This document shows, one piece after another, positions 59,075 to 64,000 of a stretch of DNA of 64,000 nucleotides. Position numbers and translations under genes: made by a program. Positions within the stretch are counted from its first letter, which is position 1. Each line of letters opens with the position of its first letter. The notes under the pieces are model-generated. The model was given only the letters and a program-made list of their open reading frames with translations. It had not been told where the DNA came from and did not search any database. Source of the DNA: a virus. The DNA lies in IMG/VR virus record IMGVR_UViG_3300039106_000653, positions 5,388-69,387 of that record; one strand, written 5' to 3'.

Positions 59075-59421
59075 GTATAGGCAAATATTATCCAGTAAAC
59101 ACACCAAGCCATATAGAAATTATTAATGGTAAAGAAGTGTCAGTATCAACATTCAAAGGCTGCGCTGTTGGTATCTTAGATCATAACGATATTAGCACAC
59201 TAGAGCATGTTATGGAGTTCATTACTTTGAATATGGCTAATGAAAAACTTGGCGAGGAATATGGAGACTTGATTGATCTGGTTATTACTAACTCAAAAGC
59301 CAGAATACTATCTTTGCATAATGTCTTAGGTGCTTTTGATATTGGTAGCAACGGACAACTGACTAAGCCTGATTCAGAACTGATCGACTGGCATCACTTA
59401 GACGACAATTCAGAAACCTAA
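59071..59421 (+). CDS. Hypothetical protein coupled to Bro-N
   Basis: ATGA overlap; followed by the hairpin TATGGCG...CGCCATA. Confidence 0.55.
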   Translation: MSIGKYYPVNTPSHIEIINGKEVSVSTFKGCAVGILDHNDISTLEHVMEFITLNMANEKLGEEYGDLIDLVITNSKARILSLHNVLGAFDIGSNGQLTKPDSELIDWHHLDDNSET

Positions 59422-59707
59422 TCCCAGTTAATTTTTTATGGCGGCAAGTTAAAAGCTGTGTCGCCATAGTTTTGGAAACGATAAATTAAACACCACGAAC
59501 CAGTCTTTAGCGTATTGCTAGATAACAGATATTACGCGCTATGTTACACCAATGTTTTTTGTGGGTACCACTTGGGATAAGCAGTTTTCGAGGTGTCTCG
59601 AAGCTGTTTATTTCAGTCTGCAAAATGTAGCATTAATGTAATTAGCAGACACACTGGAATTTAATTTACTAGATGCTTTCACACAATAACAAAAAGGAAT
59701 CATTGAT

Positions 59708-60034
59708 ATGACCACCATGCAATATAACAACATTACATTTAAAATAGTAGATTTCAAAGATATTAAACCCTTGCCAGAGGTAGATAAGTCAGCTTCCCCT
59801 GAACAACCAATATCAACCACCACCAAATACGACTACAATCACGCTAAAACCAACATCGCTAACATCCGTGATGCCATTAGCTTGTTTCACAGCTCAGCGA
59901 TTAGTGAGTTTGTCTTGAAAGAACTGGAAGAACTAGACAAGTGCTTAGTGAGTGCCTGGACGCATATGGATGAATCTATTTTTCGGCTAAATATTGCTGT
60001 ACTCTATCAAAAACGCTGGCGGGGCGCTAGATAG
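59708..60034 (+). CDS. Stand-alone copy of the antirepressor-associated C-terminal domain
   Basis: PLPEV...LDKCLVSAWTHMDESIFRL...RWRG. Confidence 0.7.
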   Translation: MTTMQYNNITFKIVDFKDIKPLPEVDKSASPEQPISTTTKYDYNHAKTNIANIRDAISLFHSSAISEFVLKELEELDKCLVSAWTHMDESIFRLNIAVLYQKRWRGAR

Positions 60035-60066
60035 TTTTATCGGCGTGCATGGTATTACTGAGCACG

Positions 60067-60207
60067 CTAACTACATTTCCTTAAGTACCCCACAAACGCC
60101 ATAACGGTTCCGATATTTATCAAAGCAAGTGCTGGATGTAATAAGCTATTCCAAAATATCAGAACACACCCAATAACTATAGCAGACCATCCTAATTTCT
60201 CTGTCAT
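60067..60207 (-). CDS. 46-aa hydrophobic membrane peptide (not in the ORF track)
   Basis: MTEKLGWSAIVIGCVLIFWNSLLHPALALINIGTVMAFVGYLRKCS; AGGTGA SD; follows the TraR-like gene. Confidence 0.5.
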   Translation of the reverse strand: MTEKLGWSAIVIGCVLIFWNSLLHPALALINIGTVMAFVGYLRKCS

Positions 60208-60210
60208 TAA

Positions 60211-60393
60211 TCACCTATCCCAATCATCACGGCAATTAGCATCGCACCATCTGCGTTCTGTACCTATGTGCTCGCCACAGTTCCAACAAATACCAGACTC
60301 ATTGCTGATTACTAATTTCTCATTCACTGTAAAGGCTATTTGAGCATCCAGTAATCGCTGCTGCTGAATATCCGCTCTATCTGCATCATCCAT
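60211..60393 (-). CDS. DksA/TraR-like C4 zinc-finger protein
   Basis: MDDADRA...CWNCGE...RWCDANC. Confidence 0.75.
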   Translation of the reverse strand: MDDADRADIQQQRLLDAQIAFTVNEKLVISNESGICWNCGEHIGTERRWCDANCRDDWDR

Positions 60394-60653
60394 TAGTCTA
60401 AATCTCCATTAAGTAATTCAAGCCTTAATGCGTCTACTAGTTTTAGAATCTTATCCTTATCACAGGTAGACGATGAAAAAGCAACATTGCCATTATGCTT
60501 GACTCCTATCACCACCACTTGCTCTAACTCACCGATAGCACCTCCTAATACACCATCAGGATTTATGTCCCCCTTGGTATAGAAATTAGCATTAACTACA
60601 TCACCCATTAATAAACCGTCCCCAACTAAAGCTTGGTAATCTACTGCTGCCAA
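60393..60653 (-). CDS. Conserved small phage protein
   Basis: TKGDINPDGVL..A...LEQVVVIG motif. Confidence 0.6.
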   Translation of the reverse strand: MAAVDYQALVGDGLLMGDVVNANFYTKGDINPDGVLGGAIGELEQVVVIGVKHNGNVAFSSSTCDKDKILKLVDALRLELLNGDLD

Positions 60654-60828
60654 TCTTCCTTGACTTGATAATACTTACCGCTGAATGGCGTGCATTAGCC
60701 AAGGATGAAGGGCTTTCATCAAATCCCATGATAGTACACACCTTTTCCTGAAAGTCTCTTAAATCATCGTCTGTGTAGCCAGGAACGCGTGTTGCTAGAT
60801 AGTCTCTGTCAGATTCTATGTATGCCAT
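60601..60828 (-). CDS. Hypothetical protein
   Basis: Immediately after the endolysin. Confidence 0.45.
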   Translation of the reverse strand: MAYIESDRDYLATRVPGYTDDDLRDFQEKVCTIMGFDESPSSLANARHSAVSIIKSRKIGSSRLPSFSWGRFING

Positions 60829-61353
60829 TTATTTTTTGAGTGATTGCAGAAAATTAATTGCGTAATCCAGAATTGATACTTTCTTTTCTTCTGACTTTTC
60901 TTTTGAGTTTTCCGCTGGCTTATCTGGCTTGATAAACAGCTTACGCTCCATTTCTCTGCGCTTTACGAGTCCTGGCAATACAACACCACCACCACGCACG
61001 AAGCTCTTAAAATAGGCTTGCGCCTGTTCTGGTTTGCCTTCGTTAGTAAATTTACGGACATTAGATATGCTGAAATTACTTAGCCCGACATTGAAGGCCA
61101 GTGATACACATGCGGAAAACTGATTATCTGTTGCATTATGCGTTAACATTGTATCAACGCCTTTTTCAAAATTATCCAAATCATCAGCTAAATATTGCTC
61201 TGCTTGCGCTTCCGTGATAATGTCGCCAATCTTGACACCCTTGGTGTGACCCCATCCTATTGTTGGCACGCCTGCTGGACAAAAATACGCTTTTAATTTA
61301 AGAGATTCGCAATCTTTGATTATTTGTAGCCCTTCTTGATTAATGCGCCTCAT
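60829..61353 (-). CDS. Endolysin, GH24 phage lysozyme
   Basis: E..KLKAYFCPAGVPTIGWGHT, SLAFNVG, LPGLVKRREME. Confidence 0.95.
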   Translation of the reverse strand: MRRINQEGLQIIKDCESLKLKAYFCPAGVPTIGWGHTKGVKIGDIITEAQAEQYLADDLDNFEKGVDTMLTHNATDNQFSACVSLAFNVGLSNFSISNVRKFTNEGKPEQAQAYFKSFVRGGGVVLPGLVKRREMERKLFIKPDKPAENSKEKSEEKKVSILDYAINFLQSLKK

Positions 61354-62083
61354 TAACCCCCTTGCTTAAATGATTATTAATTCTTTCTTGTGCTACTTGA
61401 AAATAATGGTCGTCTTTTTCAATACCAATAAACTTTCTATTAGTATTAATACAAGCAATACCTGTTGAGCCTGAACCCATAACATTATCTAAAACAGTTT
61501 CACTTTCATTGGTGTATGTTTTAATCAAGTATTCAAGCAAATCTATTGGTTTTTGAGTTGGATGCTGTCTTTTTTTTATATCAACAGCGTTAAATTTTAT
61601 TAACGATGTAGGGAATCTATTTGTATCCCCACCTTGGTAATTTCGCTTATTCTCTCCATGCCATAATTCCCCATTTGAAGAACCTTTTGCGCTTTTTGTT
61701 GGCATATGTCCTGTTGTTTTTTGCGGATAATACTTTCCTGGTTTACCATAAAAAACAACAATATCCTCATGCTTTCTTAATGGTTGCCTTTTGGCATGTA
61801 AAAAGTTGGTAGAAAAATTCTTTTGCCATATCCAGCAATATTTAAACCAAATTAAATTACTAATTATCAAAGAACTAGTGAATGGCTGACTTCCGAATAA
61901 AACTATCGGTGAATTAAATTTTATAATTCGTTTATATTGACACCATAAATGCTCAAGTGAAATAGAGTTATCCCATTTGCAAGCACTAACTTGATATGGC
62001 AAATCAGCTAACACAAGGTCTATGCTTTCATCAGGTATGCTTTTCATTTTATCCAAGCAATCACCGTGAATCAGTTTTATCAT
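61340..62083 (-). CDS. DNA methyltransferase (N4-C/N6-A, beta class)
   Basis: DLPY motif IV, HPTQKP, LDNVMGSGSTG motif I. Confidence 0.93.
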   Translation of the reverse strand: MIKLIHGDCLDKMKSIPDESIDLVLADLPYQVSACKWDNSISLEHLWCQYKRIIKFNSPIVLFGSQPFTSSLIISNLIWFKYCWIWQKNFSTNFLHAKRQPLRKHEDIVVFYGKPGKYYPQKTTGHMPTKSAKGSSNGELWHGENKRNYQGGDTNRFPTSLIKFNAVDIKKRQHPTQKPIDLLEYLIKTYTNESETVLDNVMGSGSTGIACINTNRKFIGIEKDDHYFQVAQERINNHLSKGVNEAH

Positions 62084-62333
62084 TAACCCCCTTTAATAGT
62101 GTTTCGAGCTGCATAGCCCATTGTGTTACTAATAACTCCCGTGTATCTAACTTATCGAATGTTTCGTCAGATAAACACATAAGAGAATCTGAATTAATGG
62201 CTGGCAGTATCGGGCGTGGTGGTATCGGAATGTTGATTTTCGCCACTGGTGTCGGTGGAGTCGAACATGCCGCTATTGTTAAAAGCATTGCGACTATGCA
62301 ACACTTCAGGCTTTTTGTGTTCTTCAAATTCAT
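62061..62333 (-). CDS. Outer-membrane lipoprotein spanin (Rz1-like)
   Basis: Lipobox LTIAA|C, Pro-rich linker; overlaps the 3' end of the i-spanin gene. Confidence 0.8.
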   Translation of the reverse strand: MNLKNTKSLKCCIVAMLLTIAACSTPPTPVAKINIPIPPRPILPAINSDSLMCLSDETFDKLDTRELLVTQWAMQLETLLKGVNDKTDSR

Positions 62334-62526
62334 GTCGCTGTGACTCCTGTAAATCGTGTAATTTATCAACGATTTCATTATGTTGCATTATATCATTGTT
62401 TTGGCTTTCTAGGGATTTTCGCAATGTATCTGCTTCAAGTTTATGCCGTTTTCCCCAGTTGTACGCCGCAAATGCCAGGGTACTTGAAATAAGTGCTACT
62501 GCTGCTAATGTGACAATTAAGCTCAT
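62194..62526 (-). CDS. Inner-membrane spanin (Rz-like)
   Basis: N-terminal TM segment plus coiled coil; overlapped by the lipoprotein gene. Confidence 0.75.
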   Translation of the reverse strand: MSLIVTLAAVALISSTLAFAAYNWGKRHKLEADTLRKSLESQNNDIMQHNEIVDKLHDLQESQRHEFEEHKKPEVLHSRNAFNNSGMFDSTDTSGENQHSDTTTPDTASH

Positions 62527-63025
62527 ACTTCCTCACCTAACGCTTCTTTTAGTTTAAATAGCTTTTTCAGGTAAATCGCATTATCTTGCTTAGCTACAGC
62601 TTTAAGCTGACTGATTTCTTTGTTTGCAGAGTCTACTTGCTTAAGTAATATGCGTACTCGTTTAGCCGATGATTGCCAACATAGCCAGTAATAACCCGAT
62701 AATAGAACAAATGTTGTTAGCATTAATAGTAATGCTGGTGTTAGATAATTCACTTGCTGCCGTCCACGACTGTTTTTATGTGATAGATATGTTCTCGAAG
62801 CTGTTTAGCATCTACGCGAAACTGATCTCGTTCGATTGCTAAATGTTCTAGCTTTTTCTCAAGATATACATTGTCGTTATTGAGTTTTGCAATCTTAGAT
62901 AGCGCATTACTCAATTCATCTTGCTCATTCTTTAAAAGATGCACAACCCATGAAGCTAAAATAATCATAAAAGTTAATGCAACGATTAAATACATTTCTA
63001 ACCCCATCATTTCAACGACCCACAT
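62523..63025 (-). other. Two TM + coiled-coil proteins (62523..62753, 62750..63025)
   Basis: Hydrophobic N-termini followed by heptads; ATGA-coupled. Confidence 0.55.
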
Positions 63026-63261
63026 ACTTCACGTTCAGGACTAAATCCATTACAAATACGATCAAAGTTAGTGACTTTACAATTCAAACCTGTTTCATCA
63101 CATACCATGATTACGCTGATTAATTGATCTGGTCTGTTATCTATAGTGATAGCAGGTATAGTGAGTGATCTAGTTGCAGAATCGTAAGTTGATAGGATTG
63201 GTGATACTGCCGCCTGAACAGGGAATGTAAGGCTTATTGCGACTAATAATAACTTTCTCAT
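63007..63261 (-). CDS. Small secreted protein
   Basis: Signal peptide MRKLLLVAISLTFPVQA; 4 Cys. Confidence 0.55.
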   Translation of the reverse strand: MRKLLLVAISLTFPVQAAVSPILSTYDSATRSLTIPAITIDNRPDQLISVIMVCDETGLNCKVTNFDRICNGFSPEREVCGSLK

Positions 63262-63533
63262 ACGCTTTCCTCGGGAAATTCATTTAAACCGCTATCCAGT
63301 GTATAGCCAGCCATGACTACCATCGCATAAGTCTGTATTGAGTTAAGATCAACGCCGCTTGCGATAATACCGATTACAGCCATTACAATCGCTGATAGGG
63401 CTTTAATACTTGAGAATGGGTTGTGGAACATGTATTCAGCATATGTCGCCAAGGTTTGCGCTCTGGCTGCTTTCTTAATGTAATGCGCTACTTGTCCCAG
63501 CAAAGCAAATGCCGATAAAATTAGTATTTCCAT
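63258..63533 (-). CDS. Putative holin
   Basis: 91 aa, about three hydrophobic segments, in the lysis region. Confidence 0.55.
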   Translation of the reverse strand: MEILILSAFALLGQVAHYIKKAARAQTLATYAEYMFHNPFSSIKALSAIVMAVIGIIASGVDLNSIQTYAMVVMAGYTLDSGLNEFPEESV

Positions 63534-63838
63534 TAGGCAGCTCCTAGCACAGATTTTTCGTGGTTTGCAATAGATGCTAGATATTCTTTGTTTTGCAGCG
63601 TCAGATTAGATATTGTCCAGCGTGCGCGTGCCTCAGCTTCACGACCTAAACCTTTTTCAATCGCTTCTTCAAGCAAGCAAATGTTTTCTTCGCGCAGACG
63701 ATAATTCAACTTATCAATCTTAAGCAACGATCTAACACCATCAAGTGCAATCGTTGAGCATGACTGATAGATGTTCTTAGCTTTTTCAATCACCAGCTCA
63801 TAATCTCTTTCTAACATAGAATCTTCTCTTTTAGCCAT
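63533..63838 (-). CDS. Hypothetical coiled-coil protein
   Basis: TAATG-coupled on both sides. Confidence 0.5.
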   Translation of the reverse strand: MAKREDSMLERDYELVIEKAKNIYQSCSTIALDGVRSLLKIDKLNYRLREENICLLEEAIEKGLGREAEARARWTISNLTLQNKEYLASIANHEKSVLGAA

Positions 63839-64000
63839 TAGTCACCTGTATATTTATTAATCAATTCGTAAGTCAATCTAATAATAATGCACGGAGTTAA
63901 TATTGCCAGCATTATTAAATACAATCCAATGTCAGTTAATCCAATTCCAAAACGAGAGTAGGGCGAGTTTACAGGAATTTGAGCCTGAGCACGCATGCAC

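Noticed and set aside
1-64000. Genome-wide amber (TAG) recoding, suggested by the in-frame TAG at 17290
   Set aside because: TAG ends clear genes (capsid at 46462 before a hairpin, 45675, 46191, the giant gene at 17521); long genes are uninterrupted and no suppressor tRNA was seen

Overview
AT-rich 64-kb segment of a temperate, podovirus-like tailed dsDNA phage, probably of a gammaproteobacterial host (inference). Bases 1-15.2 kb (+) hold early/accessory genes: dUTPase, thermonuclease, ThyA, a PrtN-like excisionase, an intact attP and a dusA-type tyrosine integrase, HNH, a c4-like RNA with a frameshifted KilA-N antirepressor, an HD alarmone-hydrolase-like protein and PhoH. Bases 17.5-53.6 kb (-) are the virion operon: TerS, PBSX-type TerL, portal, scaffold, N4-gp56-like capsid, adaptor, nozzle, tail fibre, GNAT, ejection proteins with an SLT domain, and a 2398-aa polyvalent protein. 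Bases 53.7-60 kb (+) are a second accessory block with a second c4-like RNA and a Bro-N antirepressor. Bases 60.2-64 kb (-) are the lysis region with an inserted DNA methyltransferase. The attP carries a replacement 5' end of dusA and is not split, so this looks like the free/excised form. Most notable: a DnaN beta-clamp-like domain inside the giant injected protein; a ferritin translationally coupled into the ejection-protein locus; two c4-type antisense switches with different recognition codes; and a three-copy uncharacterised 'C-x-x-x-A-W-T' domain. No replication genes, primary repressor, tRNA, CRISPR array or reverse transcriptase were seen. All family calls come from motif recognition by eye; no searches were run.
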